Shown here: positions 37,534 to 44,782 of the stretch, in pieces
Layout of the letters: each line of letters opens with the position of its first letter
Position numbering within the stretch: the first letter of the stretch is position 1
Virus record (IMG/VR): IMGVR_UViG_3300033233_000007
Strand: one strand, 5' to 3'
DNA length: 64,000 bases
DNA from: a virus
Lineage: Duplodnaviria; Heunggongvirae; Uroviricota; Caudoviricetes
Translations under genes and position numbers: made by a program
Notes under the pieces: generated by a model
What the model was told of the DNA's origin: nothing
The model's database searches: none
Seen by the model: only the letters and a program-made list of their open reading frames with translations

Positions 37534-37608
37534 TGGAGCCGCCGGTCCGAGTTGCACGGACATGAACCTGTTTACAGGACAGGGGCCTTGCTGTTAGGCG
37601 ACGGCGGC
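37534..37608 (-). tRNA. tRNA-Thr(UGU)
   Basis: Acceptor GCCGCCG perfect. Anticodon arm CCUGU-CCUGUAA-ACAGG, T-arm GUCCG-UGCAACU-CGGAC. Confidence 0.6.
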
Positions 37609-37645
37609 AAAAAAAACGCCGGTGTTCTACTATTGAACTACACCG
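37609..37645 (-). terminator. truncated tRNA 5' half (acceptor + D-arm) forming a hairpin followed by T8; possible intrinsic terminator
   Basis: Minus strand reads CGGUGUAGUUCAAUAGUAGAACACCGGCG then UUUUUUUU. No anticodon arm, T-arm or 3' acceptor strand is present. Confidence 0.35.
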
Positions 37646-37766
37646 TGGAAAACGGTTGACCGGACTACGCGCGCTACGCCGGGTCGTTTTCTCGTGCGGA
37701 GGGTACTGCCCCCTCGTCTCCGGCTCTCACGGCGTCGTTTAATCCGACGCCATGAGAGAAGGAGAA

Positions 37767-37840
37767 TGGGGCCGCCAGCGGGTACTGCCCCCGCGCTTCG
37801 ATCTTACCAAGATCGCGGACTGCTTTTATCCTATGGCGGC
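37767..37840 (-). tRNA. tRNA-Thr(GGU) with atypical T-loop GGCAGUA
   Basis: Acceptor GCCGCCA/UGGCGGC. Anticodon arm CGAUC-UUGGUAA-GAUCG, T-arm GCGGG-GGCAGUA-CCCGC. CCA encoded. Confidence 0.4.
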
Positions 37841-37841
37841 A

Positions 37842-37916
37842 TGGTCCTCGCTGAGGGAATCGCACCCCCGTCCCGTGGGTGTAGGCCACGTGTTCTGGCT
37901 GCTGAACTAAGCGAGG
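37842..37916 (-). tRNA. tRNA-Val(UAC)
   Basis: Acceptor CCUCGCU perfect. Anticodon arm CGUGG-CCUACAC-CCACG, D-arm GUUCAGCAGCCAGAAC. Confidence 0.6.
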
Positions 37917-37917
37917 A

Positions 37918-37991
37918 TGGTCCTCGGCCGAGGAGTCGCGCCTCGGTTTCCAGCGTGTCATGCTGGCGTCCTCCTGTTGAACGAGCCGAGG
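37918..37991 (-). tRNA. tRNA-Val(GAC)
   Basis: Anticodon arm CCAGC-AUGACAC-GCUGG, T-arm CGAGG-CGCGACU-CCUCG. Confidence 0.6.
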
Positions 37992-37992
37992 A

Positions 37993-38070
37993 TGGTCGGG
38001 GTGACAGGGCTTGCACCTGCGGCCTCCAGCGCCCCACGCTGGCGCTCATCACTATCTGAGCTACACCCCG
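37993..38070 (-). tRNA. tRNA-Pro(GGG)
   Basis: Acceptor CGGGGUG perfect. D-arm GCUC...GAGC, anticodon arm CCAGC-GUGGGGC-GCUGG. Confidence 0.6.
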
Positions 38071-38071
38071 A

Positions 38072-38145
38072 TGGGGTGATCGCCCGGATTTGCACCGGGA
38101 CTGACAGGGCCACGGCCTGCCGTGCTTCTGTTACACCACGATCAC
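38072..38145 (-). tRNA. tRNA-His(GUG)
   Basis: Acceptor GUGAUCG perfect. Anticodon arm GCAGG-CCGUGGC-CCUGU, T-arm CCCGG-UGCAAAU-CCGGG. Confidence 0.5.
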
Positions 38146-38151
38146 GAAGAT

Positions 38152-38226
38152 TGGTCCGCCCGGTTGGAGTTGCACCAAACATCAGCCGCTTATCGGGCGG
38201 CCGTTCTACTGTTGAACTACGAGCGG
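38152..38226 (-). tRNA. tRNA-Ile(GAU)
   Basis: Anticodon arm GCCGC-CCGAUAA-GCGGC, D-arm GUUCAACAGUAGAAC. Confidence 0.55.
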
Positions 38227-38227
38227 A

Positions 38228-38301
38228 TGGACCGGCCAGCGGGTACTGCCCCCGCGCTTTCGCCTTGGCAAAGCGACAGACTTCTACTATCCGATGGCCG
38301 G
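38228..38301 (-). tRNA. tRNA-Gly(GCC) with atypical T-loop GGCAGUA
   Basis: Acceptor CCGGCCA/UGGCCGG. Anticodon arm UCGCU-UUGCCAA-GGCGA, T-arm GCGGG-GGCAGUA-CCCGC. Confidence 0.4.
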
Positions 38302-38302
38302 T

Positions 38303-38377
38303 TGGCTGGCCCGGAAGGATTCGCACCTTCACCGCGACGTTCAGAGCGTCGAATGCTGCGTGTTACACCACGAGCCA
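38303..38377 (-). tRNA. tRNA-Gln(CUG)
   Basis: Anticodon arm CGACG-CUCUGAA-CGUCG, T-arm GAAGG-UGCGAAU-CCUUC. Confidence 0.6.
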
Positions 38378-38378
38378 G

Positions 38379-38461
38379 TGGTGGGCGCGTACGGAATCGA
38401 ACCGCCTAGTCTTCGACAACGGGTTTACAACCCGCCTCCGATCCCACTCGGCAGCGCGCCC
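38379..38461 (-). tRNA. tRNA-Tyr(GUA) (class II)
   Basis: Acceptor GGGCGCG perfect. Anticodon arm GCGGG-UUGUAAA-CCCGU with a 12-nt variable arm. Confidence 0.55.
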
Positions 38462-39099
38462 TAGCGTGCTTTGTACGATCGATGCTTCTTTGAACGCTCG
38501 ACCATGCGCTCGACGTACCGGATCATTTTCCGCGGCGTGACGGCCGACGTGCGGTAGGCCCAGCGCCCTTCTGAAAGCGCCATGTGCCGCGTTGAGTGGT
38601 GCAGGTGGCAGACCCACTCGAGGTTCTTCGGCCTATTGTCGTCCTCGTTGCCGTTAATGTGATGGACCACAAGAAGGCTCGGGACTTTGATCTTGCAACT
38701 GACGCATCGGAGCTTTCGGCTGTTGTACTTGATCGCGCGGTTGCGAATGCTGGCGGTAGCCGCGCGCCCCTTGCCCCGGCCCCAGTTCCGCGGTCGCGCT
38801 ACGATGATGCCGCTGTCGAGCTTTTGCGCTTTGTGCCGGCACTCGCGGCTGCAGACGGGGGCGCCCTTGAGCGAATTTATGTAGCGCGGCGTGATTTCGA
38901 AGGGCTTGTCGCAGACCTCGCACCAGACGCGCATGCGCTTTCTGGAGAGTTTGTTACGGCATTCAAACGAACAGGCCTTTCGCTTCTTGTCGAACGCGGG
39001 GAAGACGAACTTTTCCTTACAGGCCCCGCAACGTCTCTCGACGCAGAGCCGCTTCTGGCCGTCGAAAGTCCGGGTCATGAACGGGCGCCGCCTGAGCAC
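38461..39099 (-). CDS. HNH endonuclease with N-terminal zinc fingers, inside the tRNA array
   Basis: HNH core VVHHINGNEDDNRPKNLEWVCHLHH, with multiple CxxC pairs. Confidence 0.65.
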   Translation of the reverse strand: MLRRRPFMTRTFDGQKRLCVERRCGACKEKFVFPAFDKKRKACSFECRNKLSRKRMRVWCEVCDKPFEITPRYINSLKGAPVCSRECRHKAQKLDSGIIVARPRNWGRGKGRAATASIRNRAIKYNSRKLRCVSCKIKVPSLLVVHHINGNEDDNRPKNLEWVCHLHHSTRHMALSEGRWAYRTSAVTPRKMIRYVERMVERSKKHRSYKAR

Positions 39100-39214
39100 G
39101 AGGGGATCGTACGCGGAAGTTAAGGGAAGTCAAGAGGATGGTGGACCCGCGGGGATGCGCGCCCCGATTTTCACGATGCCATCGTGATGTCCTCCTGGTT
39201 GGACGACGGGCCCA

Positions 39215-39288
39215 TGGTGGACGCGGAGGGAATCGCACCCTCATTTTCGCATTGCGAAAGCGACGGTCTCCTGTTGACCTACGCGCCC
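39215..39288 (-). tRNA. tRNA-Ala(CGC)
   Basis: Acceptor has the G3:U70 Ala identity pair. Anticodon loop UUCGCAA, T-arm GAGGG-UGCGAUU-CCCUC. Confidence 0.5.
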
Positions 39289-39289
39289 A

Positions 39290-39364
39290 TGGCCGGCGCG
39301 GCTGGTAACGCTCCAGCATCTCCTCCTCTTCAGGGAGGCGCTCAAACTTCTGAGCTACGCGCCG
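39290..39364 (-). tRNA. tRNA-Phe(GAA)
   Basis: Acceptor CGGCGCG perfect. D-arm GCUC...GAGC, anticodon arm CCUCC-CUGAAGA-GGAGG. Confidence 0.6.
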
Positions 39365-39372
39365 GTGAAAGA

Positions 39373-39446
39373 TGGTTCCGGGAGAAGGATTTACACCTTC
39401 GTCTTCTGATTCAAAGTCAGAAATCCTATTACTAGACGATCCCGGA
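39373..39446 (-). tRNA. tRNA-Gln(UUG)
   Basis: Anticodon arm UCUGA-CUUUGAA-UCAGA, T-arm GAAGG-UGUAAAU-CCUUC. Confidence 0.55.
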
Positions 39447-39447
39447 A

Positions 39448-39525
39448 TGGCGGGGATGACGAGAGTCGCACTCGCTAATTGCCGCCGTGACAGGGCGGTG
39501 GCTCCACTACTTTGCCCTCATCCCC
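39448..39525 (-). tRNA. tRNA-Asp(GUC)
   Basis: Acceptor GGGGAUG perfect. Anticodon arm CCGCC-CUGUCAC-GGCGG. Confidence 0.6.
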
Positions 39526-39720
39526 GTAGAGCAAAACGCGCCGGGTTGAGGATGTGAACACCGGCCTTGGGAACCTTGCCGCTATGTGCGGCCCTCCTCT
39601 AGTACCATCGGCCTAAGCCGACTTCCCGTTCGTTTCCGCGTTTTGCATGGCAGGCCAGCCTCGGTGCTGCCCCGAGCTTCCGGGTTTTGGAGACCCAGAT
39701 GGTCGCTGGACCGCGGCCTG

Positions 39721-39795
39721 TGGAAGCGGGAGGCCGAATTGCACGGCCTTGCGTGGCTTATGAGACCACGAGGATGACTTCACCCTCCTCCCGCA
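39721..39795 (-). tRNA. tRNA-Met(CAU) with a 1:72 mismatch (initiator-like)
   Basis: Anticodon loop CUCAUAA. T-arm GGCCG-UGCAAUU-CGGCC is perfect. U1/U72 are unpaired. Confidence 0.5.
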
Positions 39796-39796
39796 A

Positions 39797-39871
39797 TGGA
39801 CCGGCCAGCGGGCTCTGCCCCCGCGCGACGACTTTGGAAGAGTCGTATGCTGCTGGTTACATCATGGCCGG
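39797..39871 (-). tRNA. tRNA-Gly(UCC) with atypical T-loop GGCAGAG
   Basis: Acceptor CCGGCCA/UGGCCGG. Anticodon arm CGACU-CUUCCAA-AGUCG, T-arm GCGGG-GGCAGAG-CCCGC. Confidence 0.4.
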
Positions 39872-39967
39872 ACGAACTCCATCCATTCATCTGCCGATCC
39901 GTGTCGCTCCGCAAGGCCCTGGGCCCGGCGGTTCACGGCACGTTCTGCTTTTCAAAGAGTCGCGGGT

Positions 39968-39994
39968 AACAAAAAAGCCCTCGCAGGGAGGGCT
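39968..39994 (-). terminator. intrinsic terminator on the minus strand (GCCCUCCCUGCGAGGGC followed by UUUUUUG)
   Basis: Direct reading of the sequence. Confidence 0.65.
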
Positions 39995-40275
39995 TCGGAC
40001 TTCCGTATGTTCTTTGGACTACGGAGGTCCGTCGCCCTCTTGCCGCGTGGCCGCGGGCTGGCGATTCAGACTACCGAAAATCGACGTGGCCACGGGCCGC
40101 GGTAAGCGCCGATAGCGTGCCGCGAGTCGCTTCTGGCAATCTTCTCGCCTATGGTCGCGTGTTCTCATAGCCGTATCGCTTAGACCCGCATGGCTAATGC
40201 GAGTTCGTGAGAATTATAAAACAGGACCGCCCCGAAGCAAGAAAAATCCGCCATAAGGGCGTCGGTACGTTTTCC

Positions 40276-40304
40276 TTGACTTGGACGCACTACACGGGTA
40301 CACT
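40276..40304 (+). promoter_or_regulatory. sigma70-like promoter TTGACT-N17-TACACT
   Basis: Direct reading. It lies 8 nt upstream of the GTG at 40312. Confidence 0.5.
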
Positions 40305-40311
40305 ATGAGCC

Positions 40312-40452
40312 GTGAAGATCGTCCTCCCGACCTTGAAGTGCGTGCGCTGCGGCCACGCGTGGTATCCCCGTCGGCCTGAGACGCCGCCCCGTTGTGCCGG
40401 CTGCAAAAGCCCCTACTGGGACAGGCCGAGGCGCACGGGAGCGAAATCATGA
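40312..40452 (+). CDS. zinc-ribbon mini-protein (46 aa; CxxC...CxxC), paralog of 42921..43055
   Basis: Protein VKIVLPTLKCVRCGHAWYPRRPETPPRCAGCKSPYWDRPRR. Its stop overlaps the next ATG (ATGA). Confidence 0.5.
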   Translation: MKIVLPTLKCVRCGHAWYPRRPETPPRCAGCKSPYWDRPRRTGAKS

Positions 40453-41087
40453 GACCCGGTCCGTACAGGCGGTCAATGACGTCGATACGGATGAGCCATC
40501 ACAGTTTTGTGAAGGAGCCTGTTTTCATGAGAAATCCTGATGACCCGCTGGACTATCCGAGCCTCCGTGACCTGATCGCAGCCGCGCAACTGGCCTCCCG
40601 CATCGGAGAGGATCATGACGTGGACTCGGCGCTGGTCGGCGGCGTTGCGCTTCAACTATACGGCTCTCCTCGGTTTACTCGAGATGCGGACCTCGTGGCC
40701 GGTGCGGCGCTGGGCGACCCGTCGCCAATGCTGAAGCGTAACATCTTGAGTTTTGGCGGAGTCGCCTACGACACGCCGATCGGAGTCGGCGTCGACTGGA
40801 TCACTCGATCCGACGAGTACGCGCAATTGTACGACGCCGTGCTTGACGCTTCCGTGTCGACGAAGCATGGAATCAAGATCGCGCGGCCGGAGTATCTTGT
40901 CGCGATGAAGATGGCTGCGTCGCGGCCAAAGGATTATGAGGACCTCATGTGGCTTTTGGGCGCTCCCGGACTCGTGGACGTGACGAAGGCGCGGGAGATC
41001 GTGCGCGCGTTTCTCGGTGGGCGGTACGCCGTCGATCAGTTCAACGCCTCTCTTGAAGAAGCGAAATGGCGGGCCGGAAAAACGTGA
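40449..41087 (+). CDS. nucleotidyltransferase (MNT/AbiEii-like)
   Basis: Motif VGGVALQLYGSPRFTRDADLV of the GG(x)A...R.T.DxD type. Translationally coupled to the zinc-ribbon ORF. Confidence 0.65.
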   Translation: MRPGPYRRSMTSIRMSHHSFVKEPVFMRNPDDPLDYPSLRDLIAAAQLASRIGEDHDVDSALVGGVALQLYGSPRFTRDADLVAGAALGDPSPMLKRNILSFGGVAYDTPIGVGVDWITRSDEYAQLYDAVLDASVSTKHGIKIARPEYLVAMKMAASRPKDYEDLMWLLGAPGLVDVTKAREIVRAFLGGRYAVDQFNASLEEAKWRAGKT

Positions 41088-41354
41088 GTCCGCTTGACAG
41101 CACGGTCCGCCCGTGTAGAATCCTCTCGTTCTTTTACGTTCTGTATCGAGTGCGAAAGGAAGCGCCTTCGGGCTTCGTGCCGCAGGCGCCGAGCTTTCGA
41201 ACTCCAGACCTTGCCCTTGGGCCGCGAGGCCGCGGGCGAAGAAAACGCCGGCATTCGGCGACGGTGTTGTGATCGATCCGGGAAGCCTTCGTTGTAACCG
41301 GCACGGCTTCCGCATCCCGCAACTTCGGACGCCAAAAGGAATTCGGAGGACAGG

Positions 41355-42827
41355 ATGCCTTCATCCATTTCCCTCTCTGCGCTTCTCGAATACGACAAAG
41401 TCGCTTTCGACAAGACGCACGTCACGCACATGCTCGTGAATCTCGAGGGCGCCAAGCATGCCGCGTCGAATCGTAAGCCCCTCGCTATTTCGGTCTCTAT
41501 CGACTGCTCCAGCAGCATGGCCGGCCAGAAGATCGACTACGCGAAGCTCTCGCTCCAGAAACTCATCGAGCATCTGACGGCCGAGGACACGCTATCGATC
41601 GTCGGCTTCTCGAACTCCGTCTGGACGGTTCTTGCGCCCACGCGCATGGCGTCCGACGCCAAGGATTCGGCTAAGGCCAAGGTCCAGGGGCTTCGCTACC
41701 TGAGTTCGACCAACCTCTCCGGCGCGACCGTCGAGGCGTACGGCCATCTGCGGTCGGGCCGCGAAATCGCGGTCAAGGACGCGCTGGCTCGGGCCTTCCT
41801 CTTCACCGACGGCCTTCCGACGTCGGGGGAGACCCATCATGATCGGCTCATCGAGATCGCCGGCACGAAGCCCGAGGGCGCCGGCCTCACGGCCTTCGGC
41901 TACGGGACGGACCACGATCCCGAGCTTTTGCTGTCCATGGCCAAAAAAGGCGGAGGCAACTTCTACTTCGTCAAGACCCCCGACGAATGCCCGAGCTTCT
42001 TCGGCCGCGAACTGGGCGGTCTGCTCTCGTGTGTCGCCCAGGGCGTGAAGGTCAAGATCAAGGCCGCCGCCGGCGTCAAAATTCTCGAAGTCCTCAACGA
42101 CTTCGACGTGGACGCCAACAAAGAGCAGACCGAAGCGACGATCACCGTCGACGACGTCTACTCGGAGGAGACGCGGCGCGTGCTCGTGAAGCTCGAGCTT
42201 CCCAAGGTCTCCAAAGCCGTGGCTGCTCGGCCTTCGAAGGTTTGCGACGTCGAGATCGAGTTCCACGACCTGCGGATCAACGAGCCGAAGTCCGAGTCCG
42301 TCAAAGTCAAGATCGAGTACGTCAAGTCCGGCAACGAGCAGGCCAAGCCCCACAAGGAGGTCGAAGAGCAGATCGCGCTCCTTGTGGCCGCCAAGGCCCA
42401 TGAGGAGGCCCGCAAATTCGCCGACGCGGGTAACTTCGCCGGCGCCCAGAGCGTGCTTCGGAGCGCGGCGCTCGTCTGCAGTGCCGTCGGCACGCCCTTG
42501 ACCAAGGCTGTCGAGCACGAGATCAAAACGGGCGGGCTCATCATGGTCCAAGACGCCCAGGCCTACGCCCATGGCGGCGTGCAGTACGTCGTTGGAACGG
42601 CCGGGGGCTACAAAGCCGGTCGCGGTTACACGTCCGGCTCCGCTCAGCTTTTCGACACGGAGCGGCAGAGCGCGACAGCCGCGTCGTTCGGCGGTAGTAC
42701 CGTGCCGGCTGATCCGGCGCACATGCTCGGTCAGCCGATCGTGCATCCCGCACCGGTTGCCGTGCCGCCGAAGTTCAGCGCCGCCCTGCCGAAGGGGCCG
42801 AGTAAGCGCCGAAAGAACAGGCGCTAG
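41355..42827 (+). CDS. von Willebrand factor A (vWA) domain protein
   Basis: MIDAS motif ISVSIDCSSSM (DxSxS), then ...SIVGFSNS...FLFTDG. GGAGGACAGG RBS. Confidence 0.75.
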   Translation: MPSSISLSALLEYDKVAFDKTHVTHMLVNLEGAKHAASNRKPLAISVSIDCSSSMAGQKIDYAKLSLQKLIEHLTAEDTLSIVGFSNSVWTVLAPTRMASDAKDSAKAKVQGLRYLSSTNLSGATVEAYGHLRSGREIAVKDALARAFLFTDGLPTSGETHHDRLIEIAGTKPEGAGLTAFGYGTDHDPELLLSMAKKGGGNFYFVKTPDECPSFFGRELGGLLSCVAQGVKVKIKAAAGVKILEVLNDFDVDANKEQTEATITVDDVYSEETRRVLVKLELPKVSKAVAARPSKVCDVEIEFHDLRINEPKSESVKVKIEYVKSGNEQAKPHKEVEEQIALLVAAKAHEEARKFADAGNFAGAQSVLRSAALVCSAVGTPLTKAVEHEIKTGGLIMVQDAQAYAHGGVQYVVGTAGGYKAGRGYTSGSAQLFDTERQSATAASFGGSTVPADPAHMLGQPIVHPAPVAVPPKFSAALPKGPSKRRKNRR

Positions 42828-42849
42828 GGACAAGGGTACATAAAGCCCG

Positions 42850-42880
42850 AGGGGCCGGATCGCTCCGGGCCCTCTCTATT
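42850..42880 (+). terminator. possible terminator hairpin GGGCCGGATCGCTCCGGGCCC followed by a T-rich tract
   Basis: Direct reading, after the vWA gene. Confidence 0.4.
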
Positions 42881-42884
42881 ATGC

Positions 42885-42913
42885 TTGACGGCGCATCTGT
42901 GTGATGATACAGT
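42885..42913 (+). promoter_or_regulatory. sigma70-like promoter TTGACG-N17-TACAGT
   Basis: Direct reading. It lies 7 nt upstream of the GTG at 42921. Confidence 0.5.
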
Positions 42914-42920
42914 ATATCGC

Positions 42921-43055
42921 GTGAAGATTGAAATAACGAAGCTGACGTGCCTGCGGTGCAAGCACGAGTGGCATCCGCGAAAGCTGGCCGTCCCTGTGCG
43001 CTGCGGGAAGTGCGGGAGCCCGTACTGGAACAGACCGAGGATCAAAAGGCGATGA
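42921..43055 (+). CDS. zinc-ribbon mini-protein (44 aa), paralog of 40312..40452
   Basis: Protein VKIEITKLTCLRCKHEWHPRKLAVPVRCGKCGSPYWNRPRIKRR. ATGA overlap with the next gene. Confidence 0.5.
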   Translation: MKIEITKLTCLRCKHEWHPRKLAVPVRCGKCGSPYWNRPRIKRR

Positions 43056-43516
43056 AACGCAAGATCAGACGCGACAGCGAGATCATTTCCATGATGGCCG
43101 ATGAAGTCGTCAGTCTGCTTCGTGCGGCGCTGTTGGCTTCGAAAATCGAAGACCGCCGATGGCTTCGCTCCGTTCTTCAAGACCTTTCCGATGCGCAGGA
43201 CGACTTATCGGAAGCCGCAAGGCGCTGGTCGCGTGGCATACCTATTGTAAGAAATCCTATCGACGCTCCAGAGTCTCCCGGCGAGTTCATCTCCGTCGCC
43301 AAGGACCTTGTGAAGGTGGCGGAAATCTATAAAGATCAGCATGAGATTTTCCGCAGAAGAGTCGGCCAGAAAGAAGCTGACATCTGGCTTCGTAAGTGGA
43401 AGAAGGCCGAACACGCGGCCCGTGACGCCGTTTTGACGGCTTATCGTGAGCACGTGTCGCACGGATGGCATTGGCCGTCTCGGCTGGATACGACTTTCGC
43501 GGCTTATCTGCGGTAG
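43052..43516 (+). CDS. hypothetical helical protein (154 aa) with a C-terminal Rx4H (HEPN-like) motif
   Basis: ORF coupled to the zinc-ribbon gene. REHVSH near the C-terminus. Confidence 0.4.
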   Translation: MKRKIRRDSEIISMMADEVVSLLRAALLASKIEDRRWLRSVLQDLSDAQDDLSEAARRWSRGIPIVRNPIDAPESPGEFISVAKDLVKVAEIYKDQHEIFRRRVGQKEADIWLRKWKKAEHAARDAVLTAYREHVSHGWHWPSRLDTTFAAYLR

Positions 43517-43588
43517 CTGTTTTTGCGATGAGTCATGAACTGATAACCTGGCCACGAAAATTTTCAGAATCTCGCCCGCGAACGCAGA

Positions 43589-43606
43589 TGGCCTGACTAC
43601 TATAGT
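43589..43606 (+). promoter_or_regulatory. phage-type promoter motif GGCCTGACTACTATAG
   Basis: Same motif as at 7921 and 63728. It lies 21 nt upstream of the ATG at 43627. Confidence 0.5.
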
Positions 43607-43626
43607 AAGGTAGGACGATCCGCACC

Positions 43627-44772
43627 ATGCCCGACATCAGCCCCCACATCACGGTCAACAAGGACGACGTTCATAGCTTCGTCATCGATTCGATCCTGCT
43701 TGAGAATGTACGCACGGAAAAGCTCGTCTTCGCTGCGCACTGGAACGCGTCCATGAAAAACGGCGGCGACAAATTCCATCAAGCGTGTGAAATTGCGCGC
43801 AAGATCGGAACTCCGCGTTTCGTCGGGACGCACGGCAATTACGCGGACGGGCTCGTCCTGCGCGACCAGTCCGTCGTGAAGCTCTGGATCGGAAAGAAGC
43901 TCGACGTTGAAGTTTGGGCCAAGACGCAGGAAGATGCTACGAAAGAGGTACAGGCAATCCGAAAGATTGTCGAGCCCTATCTCATCACCCCTGAAAACGA
44001 GTCCGGGATCAGCGTGACCTTCTGGAACTCGAACACGAAGGGAGATGTCAAGCAGAACGAGCGCATCATCGCGTGTCCTTCATGGCAGGAAATCCGCGAG
44101 AACTACGGCTCTTCCGTCCAACCGGACATCGAGTCTCTGGTGGCAATGAAAAAGCCGTGGGAGGCCGGGAAGATCATTTTCTGGTCTGGGCCGCCGGGCA
44201 GCGGGAAAACTTTTGGAATTCGTTCTCTAATTCGTGAGTGGCACGGCGTTGTTGAACCGAACTACATCATGGACCCGGAGACGTTCTTCAGCGACGCGCA
44301 GTATATGAGCGAGGCCGTGATGACGACGAGCAATAAGTTTGACGAGGATGGGGATAGCAAGCCGTCGACGGCCGGCAAACTCTTCATCATCGAGGACATG
44401 CCCGATCTCATCCTGACGAAAACTCGCCTGACCCGTTGCGCCGAAATGGCCCGACTCCTGAACCTCTCCGACGGCTTTATCGGCCAGGGTTTTAACGCCA
44501 TCTTCCTCCTGACGACGAACGAGGACGTCCACGACGTCGACCCTGCGTTTCTCCGCGATGGCCGCATCCTTCAGCAGACAGCGTTCACGAAGTTCAACAT
44601 GTCGGCAGCGAAGGCGTGGCTCGGCAATCGCGGGATCGCCGCTGACCGCGCCGACGCCGCCATCTGCGGAGAGATGACGCTGGCCGAGCTTTACGCGGTG
44701 CTGCGGGGCAAGAGGCCCAAGTCCCATGTGAAAGACCGCAAGGTCGGCTTTGCCGTGGAGAAATCGTCATGA
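43627..44772 (+). CDS. AAA+ ATPase
   Basis: Walker A GPPGSGKT, Walker B LFIIEDMPD and sensor LLTTNE. Confidence 0.75.
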   Translation: MPDISPHITVNKDDVHSFVIDSILLENVRTEKLVFAAHWNASMKNGGDKFHQACEIARKIGTPRFVGTHGNYADGLVLRDQSVVKLWIGKKLDVEVWAKTQEDATKEVQAIRKIVEPYLITPENESGISVTFWNSNTKGDVKQNERIIACPSWQEIRENYGSSVQPDIESLVAMKKPWEAGKIIFWSGPPGSGKTFGIRSLIREWHGVVEPNYIMDPETFFSDAQYMSEAVMTTSNKFDEDGDSKPSTAGKLFIIEDMPDLILTKTRLTRCAEMARLLNLSDGFIGQGFNAIFLLTTNEDVHDVDPAFLRDGRILQQTAFTKFNMSAAKAWLGNRGIAADRADAAICGEMTLAELYAVLRGKRPKSHVKDRKVGFAVEKSS

Positions 44773-44782
44773 ACCGCTTGGA

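Noticed and set aside
37690-37766. Third copy of the GAGGG-TACTGCC-CCCTC hairpin as a tRNA
   Set aside because: No complementary acceptor strand. The neighbouring 7-bp stem has an A33 loop, so it is not a tRNA.
39100-39214. Possible tRNA between HNH gene 38461-39099 and tRNA-Ala
   Set aside because: A T-arm-like hairpin (CGGGG...CCCCG) exists, but no anticodon arm or acceptor pairing could be built.
39648-39720. tRNA-Trp(CCA)-like anticodon hairpin
   Set aside because: The anticodon arm and a TGCUGCC-loop hairpin are present, but the segment is too short and the acceptor strands do not pair.
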